A DNA stretch of 64,000 nucleotides from Methanofastidiosum sp. (GTDB lineage Archaea; Methanobacteriota_B; Thermococci; Methanofastidiosales; Methanofastidiosaceae): the NCBI GenBank assembly GCA_041678455.1, contig JBAYOH010000001.1:7387-71386 (forward strand), in the 5' to 3' direction. Positions 8,897 to 17,855 of the stretch are shown piece by piece. The position numbers and the translations under genes were made by a program. Position 1 is the stretch's first letter. Each line of letters starts with the position of its first letter. The notes beneath the pieces are model-generated. The model did no database searches, was not told the origin of the DNA, and saw only the letters and a list, made by a program, of their open reading frames with translations.

Positions 8897-9504
8897 TCAC
8901 TTCTATTTAATATATCCAAATCTTTTTTTGTATTTATATTAGGATATTCTTTTATGTTTTCTAAAATTATTATCTCCTCTTCCATTGGCCCATTTATCAA
9001 TTTCCCATCAATAATGTTTATCCCAAGAGGTACAACTTCAATACCATTATGTATAAAGTAGGATGTAACTGAAAATTCTTTCATTAACTTCTTTGGAATC
9101 ATCAAAGAAAGTGCAGGTTTATTCACTTTTCTATAAAGTTCCAAAATATCTTGAATTATAGATTTAGAAATTAAAGGAAGATCTCCAGAAACAATTAATA
9201 ATGGCTCAAAAAGTTTTTTCTCGTTTACTGCCCACGCCATATCTTCGATGAATCCAATGCCAGAAGTTTTAATAATTGAAATATTTTTGTTGGACCCATA
9301 TTCATTAATTAGGTATTCCTTTGTATTTGGAGAATTATCTGAAACTAGTAAAAATATTTTTTCAATTTTATCGGAGCCAATCAAAGTATCGACAACATTC
9401 TTTATGATTGGATTACCTTTGTATTGGGACAGTAATTTTTCCTCAAATAAGGAAAATCTTTCTCCTTTGCCCCCACACATAACTAGTGCTTTCATAAAAA
9501 CCAC
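8893..9504 (-). CDS. cobY: Adenosylcobinamide-phosphate guanylyltransferase CobY (archaeal nucleotidyltransferase)
   Basis: 203 aa. N-terminal MCGGKGERF nucleotidyltransferase motif. Sits in the cob nucleotide-loop operon, and its 3' end overlaps cobT convergently by 4 nt. Confidence 0.8.
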   Translation of the reverse strand: MVFMKALVMCGGKGERFSLFEEKLLSQYKGNPIIKNVVDTLIGSDKIEKIFLLVSDNSPNTKEYLINEYGSNKNISIIKTSGIGFIEDMAWAVNEKKLFEPLLIVSGDLPLISKSIIQDILELYRKVNKPALSLMIPKKLMKEFSVTSYFIHNGIEVVPLGINIIDGKLINGPMEEEIIILENIKEYPNINTKKDLDILNRSD

Positions 9505-10232
9505 TGTGAAAATATCAAAAAGACAAGTATCGCTATCCTAGAAAATTCTATCCCCACACCAATCAGATCTCCATTCACAAATCCAAATTCTTTTTTAACA
9601 AATAATAGGTAAATCAACGAGAAAAGAACTAAGACTAAGAAAGATAAAATTCCTTTAATCCCAAACAACATTGAAATAACAAAGGCTAATATTAGAGAAA
9701 AAATGAATTTTGAAGGCTTCATCTCTCTTATAAAAAGGAGCCCCATCCCTTTATTTAGGGGTTTTCCTAGTCTTAAAAGAAAACAAGCACACACTCTGGA
9801 TAGAAATTCTGCTAAAAGGACATATTGAAAAATAGCAATTCTCTCAAATGACTTTATTTCATAAAATGCTGCTATGAGTAAGAATACTGTAAAAAATCCA
9901 GAAAGAATTGAACCTGTGCCTATGAATCTATCCTTCATTATCTCTGCCCTTCTACTTTTATCTCTAACAAAAAGGGCATCACCCATATCAACTGCGCCAT
10001 CGATATGATGAAATCCTTCTAATAACAAAATAAAAAAGACACTCAAAATTGAAAAAAATATTCTTGACGGGAGGTATGACAATAAATACACTATTGATGC
10101 AGAGATTAATCCAATAATTAAACCTACCAATGGGTATAGAAAAGCGCCTTTAGCTGCACCTTCTATTGTTCTGTTGCTTCCTAAAGGTAAAATTGATGAA
10201 AACGCAAGAAGGTCAAGGAAATTTCTAATCAT
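9492..10232 (-). CDS. cobS: Adenosylcobinamide-GDP ribazoletransferase (cobalamin synthase) CobS
   Basis: 246 aa polytopic membrane protein. HHIDGAVDMGDALF matches the CobS DGxxDxxD motif. Confidence 0.85.
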   Translation of the reverse strand: MIRNFLDLLAFSSILPLGSNRTIEGAAKGAFLYPLVGLIIGLISASIVYLLSYLPSRIFFSILSVFFILLLEGFHHIDGAVDMGDALFVRDKSRRAEIMKDRFIGTGSILSGFFTVFLLIAAFYEIKSFERIAIFQYVLLAEFLSRVCACFLLRLGKPLNKGMGLLFIREMKPSKFIFSLILAFVISMLFGIKGILSFLVLVLFSLIYLLFVKKEFGFVNGDLIGVGIEFSRIAILVFLIFSQWFL

Positions 10233-11344
10233 CTATTTATCCCCTGAAATATTTTTGATGAAATTCCTGCAATGAGCCCGCCCAAAGCATCGTCCATAAA
10301 TGGTCCAAGCCCACCTATTATACCAGGTTTAATCCTTTCAACTCTTCTAAACTCAAATATCCCCCTATACCCTCCAATATATGATGCTATTGCGTCCCCT
10401 ATGGCTTCGTCAGCGATTAAATGAATGGGATCTTTTTCAAACTCACTTTTTGGAAGTCCTGGAATTATCCCTCTATATCCATCTTCCTCTGCTCTCAAAC
10501 CTGCAATAATAAGTGAAGAAACGTTAGGCTCCTTAAGATAGTATTCAAGTTCATTTTGGAATAATGACTTGAACTCATCTCTAGTTATATCATCATTGTC
10601 AATGAAAAGCTCCATTTCTGCTTTTATGATATCTTCTAAAAAAATACCCCTCTCCTTAAGCCTAGATGCCAAACTTCTCTGAGGATTATTTTTATCATAT
10701 ATTACCAGAGAATTATAAACTCCTTCATATACAAGTTCCCCTAGTGTTTTCCCTATTTTCGTTCCAGTTGACATGTACCTTTCTTTTTTGCCATTTCCAG
10801 TTGATGCAATTAAAGCGGAATCTGTAGTTGTACCTGTAGCATTTCTGTAAGAATTAACGCTTCTTATGTCAAGATCAAGTAGCGCCCGGGTCTTAGCTTC
10901 AGTCATTGTTATAATCCCCCCTACATACGCCTCTTCCTCTAAATTGGCATCTATTATTGCATAGATATTTATTGTGCAGGGTGTTAAAACAGAAGTTATT
11001 TCACCTGCTAAGGAAGCATTAGAAACACCTGCAGTAAGAAAAACTAAAACATTATTTTCTTCTTTGATAAATAAGTTCTTTACATCACATGCTGTCATCA
11101 TTCCAACTGAATCTATTGATCCTATTTTCTTTTCTACTTGCTGAAGATCTTTTTCAGGATTTTCAGAAATATAGTTTTTTTCTACTTTTTTCCCAATAAG
11201 TGTTCTGGTAAATTTCTTGCCCCCTCCAAGGATTGCAGAGCTATATGCCTTAAGGGATTCATCTGACTCAACTACAAAGAAATCATCATAAATTCTAAGT
11301 TTTACTTTGCCAGAAAGAAAACTCTTTTCCTTCAATATTTTCAT
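10229..11344 (-). CDS. cbiZ: Fusion of CbiZ (adenosylcobinamide amidohydrolase, N-terminal ~220 aa) with a PgpA-like domain (CobZ-type alpha-ribazole-phosphate phosphatase, C-terminal ~150 aa)
   Basis: N-terminal CbiZ motifs: SSAILGGG, LTAGVSNAS, ATGTTTDSAL. C-terminal PgpA-like motifs: FRRVERIKPGIIGGLGPFMDDALGGLIAG. CbiZ-CobZ fusions are known from Methanosarcina. Confidence 0.65.
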   Translation of the reverse strand: MKILKEKSFLSGKVKLRIYDDFFVVESDESLKAYSSAILGGGKKFTRTLIGKKVEKNYISENPEKDLQQVEKKIGSIDSVGMMTACDVKNLFIKEENNVLVFLTAGVSNASLAGEITSVLTPCTINIYAIIDANLEEEAYVGGIITMTEAKTRALLDLDIRSVNSYRNATGTTTDSALIASTGNGKKERYMSTGTKIGKTLGELVYEGVYNSLVIYDKNNPQRSLASRLKERGIFLEDIIKAEMELFIDNDDITRDEFKSLFQNELEYYLKEPNVSSLIIAGLRAEEDGYRGIIPGLPKSEFEKDPIHLIADEAIGDAIASYIGGYRGIFEFRRVERIKPGIIGGLGPFMDDALGGLIAGISSKIFQGINR

Positions 11345-12288
11345 GTGAATCCTCCAACTTTAAGTGGTAGTGGCAATAGGTATATTATAATTAAAACTAA
11401 TGCAAATGATACTATAGTTGATAGGAAATACAATTTTAAAGCCTTTCTCACTATTAGTGTATCTTCAAAATCAATCCCATCACCTAGGACATAATAGCCC
11501 TTCTTTTCAAGTTTAACGCCGAATATTCCAGCATATAGGGACATTATATGGCCGGAGTTTGGACTTTCAGTTGTATTATGGTATTTTCGGTAGGTTTCAA
11601 ATGATCTTTTTAAAGGATAGTTAAAAATCAAAGAACAGAATAAGGTAATTAAAACGCCAATTCGTGAAGGAATAAAATTTAAAACATCGTCAAATCTTGC
11701 TGAAATTTTTCCAAATAAAATATACCTCTCATTTTTATACCCAATCATTGAGTCAAGTGTATTTACAGCCCTAAATACTAGGCACCCATAAAACCCAAAT
11801 ATCATGAAAAAAAAGAGTGGGGATACAATGCTGTCAATAAATGATTCTCCAATACATTCAAGATTTCCTGATAGGATATGATATCTGTCAAGCTTTTTTG
11901 TATCTCTTGAAACGATGAAAGAAAGATACTTTCTAGCACCGTCTAAATCATTTTTTTCCATTGGAGTAATTATTCTCTTTGTAGCCCTTCCCATCTCATT
12001 TATTGAAAAGGTACTTTTTAAGATAAATACGGCTATTGGGAAGAAAATATAGATTGGAGCATAGATATAGATCAAATTCAGGACAAATCCTATTGATAAT
12101 GCAATTAGAACTGTAAAAAATGTAAGAAGGCCACCCATCAGAATAGAGTTTTTCCAAAATTTTTTCTCAAAGTAGCTGATAAATTTTCCAAATAATATCG
12201 TTGGGTGGATAAAAAGTGGCTTTTCTCCAATGATAAAATCATAAATAAGTGCTGAAATGATAATTGCAGCAAGTATCAATTTATCCAT
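11341..12288 (-). CDS. cbiB: Adenosylcobinamide-phosphate synthase CbiB (membrane protein)
   Basis: 315 aa. CbiB/CobD membrane-family signatures; sits in the operon. Confidence 0.85.
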   Translation of the reverse strand: MDKLILAAIIISALIYDFIIGEKPLFIHPTILFGKFISYFEKKFWKNSILMGGLLTFFTVLIALSIGFVLNLIYIYAPIYIFFPIAVFILKSTFSINEMGRATKRIITPMEKNDLDGARKYLSFIVSRDTKKLDRYHILSGNLECIGESFIDSIVSPLFFFMIFGFYGCLVFRAVNTLDSMIGYKNERYILFGKISARFDDVLNFIPSRIGVLITLFCSLIFNYPLKRSFETYRKYHNTTESPNSGHIMSLYAGIFGVKLEKKGYYVLGDGIDFEDTLIVRKALKLYFLSTIVSFALVLIIIYLLPLPLKVGGFT

Positions 12289-13354
12289 GCAATAACTCCG
12301 CCAAAGCCCCTATAAGAATCTCGTTTTCTTTTCTAGTTCTAACTGCTATCCTGATGCCACTGTCAATGCCTCTAAAGCTAGAGCAGTCCCGTACGAGGAT
12401 ACCTTTTTCATACAATTGAGATTTTATATTCGGAGAATCATCTATTTCAATGAATAGAAAGTTGGCATTTGAAGGATAGACTTTTAGTTCCAACGCCTTT
12501 AATCTTTCGAATAAAAACTCTCTTTCTTTTGAAATTGATAAAATCGTTTCATTGACAAAATCATTGCATTTTATAATATTTTCACCAATTATTTTTGCAA
12601 ATGCATTGATATTCCAGGTTAATCTCATGTTATCAAGAACTTTTGAAACTCTTTCTGATGAAACCCCAAATCCTAGTCTGATTCCTGCAACGCCTATTAT
12701 TTTCGTAAGAGAACGGGATACTATTAAGTTATCAAATGAATTTGTGAGTGAAACAAGTGAGTTCTCTTCGGAGAATTCAATGAATGCCTCATCAATCAAA
12801 ATTGGTATATCTTTTTTATTTAATATTTCAACTAAATCAATCAGGCCTTTCTTTTTAACAACTGTGCCATATGGATTATTTGGATTGGTCAAGAAAATAC
12901 ATGATGTTCTATCGTTTATTTTTCTTAAAATTTCATCAATATTAATCTGGCCTTTTTTTAGAGAAACGCTTGTTGGGATACCTCCCTTTATTAGGACAAG
13001 CTTTTCATATTCTCCGAAGGAGGGCGATGGTATAATAACTTCTGATTTTAGTTCAACAAAAGTATCAGCAAATAATTTTATGAACTCAAGTGACCCATTA
13101 GTTGGGATTATTTGATTTTGATTTACGCCAACATATCCAGCAAGAGATTTTTTTAAATTTATTAGAGAATTGTCAGGATATTCACTTATCTTATTTTTAG
13201 TAATATTGGCATTAAGTAAATCTATCAATATTTTGGGGGGGCCATGAGGATTAATATTTGAGGAAAAATCTAATTTATCTTCACTATTTTTTTTCCCTCC
13301 ATGAACTACCTGAGGAATTTTACTTAGTTCTTCTAACTTTTTTTTATATGTCAC
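12281..13354 (-). CDS. cobD: Class I/II aminotransferase-fold enzyme, most likely L-threonine-O-3-phosphate decarboxylase CobD (a histidinol-phosphate aminotransferase paralog)
   Basis: 357 aa PLP-fold protein directly upstream of cbiB in the cob operon. Context favours CobD over HisC. Confidence 0.65.
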   Translation of the reverse strand: MTYKKKLEELSKIPQVVHGGKKNSEDKLDFSSNINPHGPPKILIDLLNANITKNKISEYPDNSLINLKKSLAGYVGVNQNQIIPTNGSLEFIKLFADTFVELKSEVIIPSPSFGEYEKLVLIKGGIPTSVSLKKGQINIDEILRKINDRTSCIFLTNPNNPYGTVVKKKGLIDLVEILNKKDIPILIDEAFIEFSEENSLVSLTNSFDNLIVSRSLTKIIGVAGIRLGFGVSSERVSKVLDNMRLTWNINAFAKIIGENIIKCNDFVNETILSISKEREFLFERLKALELKVYPSNANFLFIEIDDSPNIKSQLYEKGILVRDCSSFRGIDSGIRIAVRTRKENEILIGALAELLHG

Positions 13355-13434
13355 TATACCACTCTAATGTTAGTCTAATCCTGTATTAAGAGCCTTATAA
13401 TATTTTCTTTTTATGAATAACAAGATAAGAAATA

Positions 13435-14130
13435 TTAGATTCTCTCTATTGAAAATCTCTTTTTGTAGCGTGATAATATTTTTATTGTACGCTCTCCTAT
13501 TACTGCAACGAACATGCCATTAGCAAATGCATGGGATGTTTCCCACCAGAAACTTAGTAAATATGTCTGTATAAGTGTTTCAATTGTATGTGGTTTCACG
13601 AAAAATGCATAATGCCAGATATTCATTATCCACCCATACATATACCCCCAAAATATACCAAATGCCATAAGTAGTTTTATGTTGATTTTCTTGCCTTCCA
13701 AATATCCTGCAAAAAGCCCCGGGAGTCCCCAAGCAATCATTTGAAATGGGGTCCACGGCCCTTGACCCAAAAAAAAATTTGATACTAAAGGAGTCAATGC
13801 ACCGACAAAAAATCCTGCGGTGGGCCCAAACACAAGTCCTGTGCATATGACCAAAGTTGTACATGGCTGTATTCCAGGTAGAGTTGCAAAGGGAACCCTC
13901 AGAACAGAAGATATACCTGCTAACATGGAGATGAGAGTTAAATTTTTTGAACTTAAAGATTTTCTTTCAAATTCATGAAAAAAAGATATTATTATTAATA
14001 AAAAAATTCCAATTATCTCATAAGGCCAGTATCTTATTATGGCCCTTGATTTATCAAGAAATAAAGCAGTTCCAAACATGATGATATTAATTGAAATGAA
14101 AATCAAGGGAAAATAATAATTATTTTTCAT
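13435..14130 (-). CDS. ECF transporter substrate-specific (S) component; candidate corrinoid/cobinamide-specific (CbrT-like) by context
   Basis: 231 aa, about 6 TM. Gly/Pro-rich S-component-like core (GIQPCTTLVICTGLVFGPTAGFFVGA...WGLPGLFAGY). Overlaps ecfA by 4 nt. It is not CbiM-like: there is no MHIPDG-type N-terminus. Confidence 0.55.
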   Translation of the reverse strand: MKNNYYFPLIFISINIIMFGTALFLDKSRAIIRYWPYEIIGIFLLIIISFFHEFERKSLSSKNLTLISMLAGISSVLRVPFATLPGIQPCTTLVICTGLVFGPTAGFFVGALTPLVSNFFLGQGPWTPFQMIAWGLPGLFAGYLEGKKINIKLLMAFGIFWGYMYGWIMNIWHYAFFVKPHTIETLIQTYLLSFWWETSHAFANGMFVAVIGERTIKILSRYKKRFSIERI

Positions 14131-15779
14131 GTTAAAACTTCCAAAATTTCATCGAGTGTAAGTATATTATCTGGAATTCCATTTTTGGCATAAGGTTGTA
14201 TTAGGCGATTGATCTGTGGTGAGAATAGTAAAGCTTTGGATAAAACTTCTCTCCTATATCCATCGGTCACTACTTTACCTTCGCTAAGAAGTATAACTCT
14301 GTTTGAAAATTGTGCTGCAGTTTCAACATCATGAGTTACCATTATTACAGTTTTGTTCCTTTTTCTAAGATAATTAATTAGTTTCATTTTAATAGGGTAA
14401 TCCAATCCACGTGTAGGCTCATCTAAGATTAATATATCTGGGTCACCAACTAAAACTGAAGCAATGGCTACCCTCTGTTTTTCTCCACCTGACAAATCTA
14501 GAGGATAAGAATATTTGTATTGTGATATCCCAAATTCATCCATTATTTGGGTTACTTTTGTTTCAATAGTATCGGCGTCTTGGCCCAAATTCTTCAAAAC
14601 AAATCCAATCTCTTCTTCAACTGTTTCATTAAATAAATGCAAGTTTGGATCCTGGAAAACAATTCCTACTCTTTTTATAATTTCACTTGAAGAATAATCC
14701 TCTATTTTTTTACCGTATAAACTAATACTCCCTTTACGTTGTTTAAGTATGCCATTTATCAATTTGATGAGTGTTGTTTTACCACTGGCATTTTTTCCCA
14801 TGATAGATAATTGGTCTCCCTCCCTTAATGATAAATTAATATTTTTTAAAATATCATTTGCCCCATCATAAGAAAAATATACATTTTTCATCGAAAGAAT
14901 TTCTCTCCCCAAAGATTTTTCCTCTGGTAAATCTATAATATTGTTCATTGAACTTAGTAATTCTTTTAATGTGGTCCTTGCTTCCTTTACAGTTAAAGGC
15001 AGTTCATGATTATTCAATTTATCTGCAAATCGAAGTGAGAGTTCAGTTACTGGAGGCAATCCAATTCTCCAGTTTTTTCTTTCATTATAATTTATCTTTC
15101 TTGGGTTGTCATCAAAGATTATCTTAGAATCTTGTAGGATCAACATCCTATCAACATGATGGACCACCCTTTCCAATCTATGCTCAATTAATATAACAGT
15201 TATGCCAAGTTCATCATTAATTTTTTCGATGATATTAAGAATACTTTCAGCTGCTGCTGGATCTAATTCAGATGTAGGTTCATCCAATAATAAGATTTCT
15301 GGATGTACTGCTAGGGCAGAAGCGATAGCTACTTTTTGTTTTTGACCTCCTGAAAGATTGGAGGGATTTTCATGTCTTATCCTAGATACTCCAACAGCTT
15401 CAATCGCTTCTTCAATCCTCTTAGCTATGAGATCCGGTGAAAAACATAGATTTTCCAGAGCAAATGCTATCTCTCTTTCAACTTCATTTGTTATAAGTTG
15501 ATTTTCAGGATCTTGAAATACCATCCCCACTTTTTCTGAAAGTATATTTGTTGGAGTTTCAGAAACTTTTTTTCCAGAGACAGTTACATCTCCTTTTATT
15601 TTACCCCCATAAAAATGTGGAATTAATCCATTTATGGATCTAATAAATGTTGACTTGCCACATCCAGATGGCCCAGTAACTAAGACAAATTCTCCTTCAT
15701 CAATTGAGATGTTTATATCAGACAAGCTTGGAGAATCGTTATCCTTATACCAAAATGATAAATTGTCAAACTCAATCAT
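14127..15779 (-). CDS. ecfA: ECF transporter ATPase, fused duplicated EcfA-EcfA' (two ABC cassettes; CbiO-like)
   Basis: 550 aa with two Walker A sites (GPSGCGKST and GKNASGKTT), two LSGGQ/LSGGEKQR signatures and two Walker B/H-loop sets. Confidence 0.9.
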   Translation of the reverse strand: MIEFDNLSFWYKDNDSPSLSDINISIDEGEFVLVTGPSGCGKSTFIRSINGLIPHFYGGKIKGDVTVSGKKVSETPTNILSEKVGMVFQDPENQLITNEVEREIAFALENLCFSPDLIAKRIEEAIEAVGVSRIRHENPSNLSGGQKQKVAIASALAVHPEILLLDEPTSELDPAAAESILNIIEKINDELGITVILIEHRLERVVHHVDRMLILQDSKIIFDDNPRKINYNERKNWRIGLPPVTELSLRFADKLNNHELPLTVKEARTTLKELLSSMNNIIDLPEEKSLGREILSMKNVYFSYDGANDILKNINLSLREGDQLSIMGKNASGKTTLIKLINGILKQRKGSISLYGKKIEDYSSSEIIKRVGIVFQDPNLHLFNETVEEEIGFVLKNLGQDADTIETKVTQIMDEFGISQYKYSYPLDLSGGEKQRVAIASVLVGDPDILILDEPTRGLDYPIKMKLINYLRKRNKTVIMVTHDVETAAQFSNRVILLSEGKVVTDGYRREVLSKALLFSPQINRLIQPYAKNGIPDNILTLDEILEVLT

Positions 15780-16698
15780 AACTTATCCTCCACTTAAACA
15801 TTAATACAGGAATAACAATGACTTCAAGTAAAAATAGTATCAAAATATCTCTAATTTCAGAACTAGATTTTATTAATGGATCAACTTTTTGATAAAAGAT
15901 AAAACTTCCCTGACCTTTTGTCAACATGTATGCAGACATTAGGAGGGGTAAAAGAATAATTACCATTATAATGTACTCAGAGGGAGAGATATTGATCTCA
16001 TTAAAATAGGTTCTTTTTGGAAATCTTCCAAAGGCACGCGATTCCATCGATTCGGCCAATTGAAAACTTCTTTCCAAACTTTTTGACAAAAGAGGAAAGA
16101 AAATGGTAGCGTAATTTATTATTTTTTCTTTCATTTTACTCTTATTAAAGTCTACCCCCCTTGATCTCTGAACATCGACAATGTCATTAAAATCTCTTAA
16201 TAATATAGGTACAAATTTAGTTGTAAGGGTAGTAATCATTGTTGACTTATAGGGAAATTTAAGTTTAGTAACTGCCCTCATCAAATCGTCAGGATTTGTC
16301 GTTAGATTTATGACAGTAAAAGCCCCTAGAATTGCACCAAGTCGGATGCACATAGTCGATCCAAACATTATTTCTTCCAAAGTTATGTTAAATCTACCAA
16401 AGGCAGGTAAGGTGAATGATGTTTGCCAAAGTACAGTTTCCCCATTTCCATTTACGATTACATTAAATAAGATAATGAATGGAAAAAATAATATTGCCAA
16501 TTTTAAAAATCCAATCCATTCTCTTGTGATTTTTGATAAGACAGCAAATAGAAAAGAGGATATGAACAAAGTCAATAAGATGAGAGGATGCTCAAAAAGA
16601 ATAGAAACTAATATCACTGTAAGAAGCCATGATATTTTTATGAAAGGAGAACATTTGTGGAAAGGTGAATTTTTAAATTTGTATAAGAGGGATACCAT
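15772..16698 (-). CDS. ecfT: ECF transporter transmembrane (T) component EcfT/CbiQ
   Basis: 308 aa polytopic membrane protein at the head of the ecfT-ecfA-S operon. Confidence 0.8.
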   Translation of the reverse strand: MVSLLYKFKNSPFHKCSPFIKISWLLTVILVSILFEHPLILLTLFISSFLFAVLSKITREWIGFLKLAILFFPFIILFNVIVNGNGETVLWQTSFTLPAFGRFNITLEEIMFGSTMCIRLGAILGAFTVINLTTNPDDLMRAVTKLKFPYKSTMITTLTTKFVPILLRDFNDIVDVQRSRGVDFNKSKMKEKIINYATIFFPLLSKSLERSFQLAESMESRAFGRFPKRTYFNEINISPSEYIIMVIILLPLLMSAYMLTKGQGSFIFYQKVDPLIKSSSEIRDILILFLLEVIVIPVLMFKWRISYD

Positions 16699-16709
16699 TT
16701 AACTACCTA

Positions 16710-16726
16710 GGATGGCTAAGCCATCC
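16710..16726. promoter_or_regulatory. Palindrome GGATGG-ctaag-CCATCC (site 1), 12 nt upstream of the ecfT start codon. Candidate operator.
   Basis: Read directly from the sequence. Shares its half-sites with site 2 at 16836..16856. Confidence 0.4.
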
Positions 16727-16835
16727 ATACTTTTAAACATTTCTACAATTTCTAAAACTAACTGTGTTTTTCTAAAAAAAATTCAATATACAAACTAAAA
16801 AGAAAACTTTATATATATAGAGGTAAAATCACTTA

Positions 16836-16856
16836 ATGGATGGCGACACCATCCAT
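16836..16856. promoter_or_regulatory. Palindrome ATGGATGG-cgaca-CCATCCAT (site 2), about 20 nt upstream of the SD/ATG of the DUF4430 gene. Candidate operator.
   Basis: Read directly from the sequence. Same GGATGG-N5-CCATCC core as site 1, 128 bp away, facing the divergent transcription unit. Confidence 0.4.
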
Positions 16857-16877
16857 AAATTAAATGGAGGTAAGAAA

Positions 16878-17843
16878 ATGGGAGAAAAGAATAGCTTATA
16901 CTTGGTTCTAGGTATAGTCTTTTTATTATTGGCAACTCCTATGACTCTACTGGCCGATTCATCAAGTTTTTCAGATATGGAAGACAGTTTCGTGAGAAAT
17001 ACGTCTTTTGTAACGGGGGAATCTGGAAACTCAATGGATTTGCTAGCTAGGGATACAGTTTCTAAGACCTTTCAATCCCAAGGACTACTTTATGGTGTTT
17101 CAGATGATAAATCCGCACCAAAGGATAGGAACCTTGTTCTAATTGGGGGTCCTGAAGTAAACTCGTTGACAAAGGAGTACAATGATATCTTTGGAATCAA
17201 GTATGAAGAAAATGAGGATACAGTTTTTATCACTGTTGATGGAACTACCGTATCAAGAAAAAAACTCAGCATAACTGAGGACATAGGGATTGTATATATT
17301 GGAAAGGCAAATAACAAGAGTATCCTTATGCTTTGGGGCGGTGCTAGAGAAGGAACATTTGCTGCAGGACTCATAATGGGAAATTCGGGGAACTGGCAGA
17401 AATACGGGAATTCTGAATATCTTCTTTTGAGATGGAATGATAACAATGGAGATAGTTTTGTACAGGAATCGGAGATCCTAGTTACATCTCAATCACCGGC
17501 AACAGCAGTGACAACAGATAATGGAAAAGACCAAGATCGGGTGACAGTGACAATAACTGCTGACTTTGGAGAAGGATATTCGAAAGAATGGAAAGATGTC
17601 AAGGTATCAAAAGACGCTACAGTTTTTGATGCCATGAAAGCCTCTGGAATGCAGTTTGATTACAATATCCAATCTTTTGGCGCATTCATTACGTCAATTG
17701 AAGGGTTGGGCGAAAATAGATCTACAGGAAAATACTGGCAATACTGGATTAATGGGAACTATGCTCAGCTCGGTGTGTCAAATCAAAAAGTTTCAGATGG
17801 TATTACAATCGAATGGAGATATACAGATGCATTCTTTAGTTAG
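16878..17843 (+). CDS. Membrane-anchored extracellular corrinoid-binding protein with a C-terminal DUF4430 (transcobalamin/BtuG-like B12-binding) domain
   Basis: The C-terminus SFGAFITSIEGLGENRSTGKYWQYWINGNYAQLGVSNQKVSDGITIEWRY matches the DUF4430 signature (G.YW.Y.VNG....G......DGD.I.W.Y). Start moved to 16878 (MGEKNSLYLVLGIVFLLLA, a signal/TM helix) because GGAGGT lies 7 nt upstream; the track ATG at 16836 has no SD and lies inside the palindrome. Confidence 0.7.
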   Translation: MGEKNSLYLVLGIVFLLLATPMTLLADSSSFSDMEDSFVRNTSFVTGESGNSMDLLARDTVSKTFQSQGLLYGVSDDKSAPKDRNLVLIGGPEVNSLTKEYNDIFGIKYEENEDTVFITVDGTTVSRKKLSITEDIGIVYIGKANNKSILMLWGGAREGTFAAGLIMGNSGNWQKYGNSEYLLLRWNDNNGDSFVQESEILVTSQSPATAVTTDNGKDQDRVTVTITADFGEGYSKEWKDVKVSKDATVFDAMKASGMQFDYNIQSFGAFITSIEGLGENRSTGKYWQYWINGNYAQLGVSNQKVSDGITIEWRYTDAFFS

Positions 17844-17855
17844 AGGTGAAAACAA

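Noticed and set aside
12552-13115. 187-aa plus-strand ORF inside cobD
   Set aside because: Antisense shadow of the aminotransferase gene; no family resemblance.
16310-16702. 130-aa plus-strand ORF overlapping ecfT
   Set aside because: Antisense to a convincing membrane protein gene; no SD.
16836-16877. Upstream ATG (MDGDTIHKLNGGKK) given by the ORF track for the DUF4430 gene
   Set aside because: No SD; it lies inside the palindromic operator. The downstream ATG at 16878 has a GGAGGT SD and starts the signal peptide.
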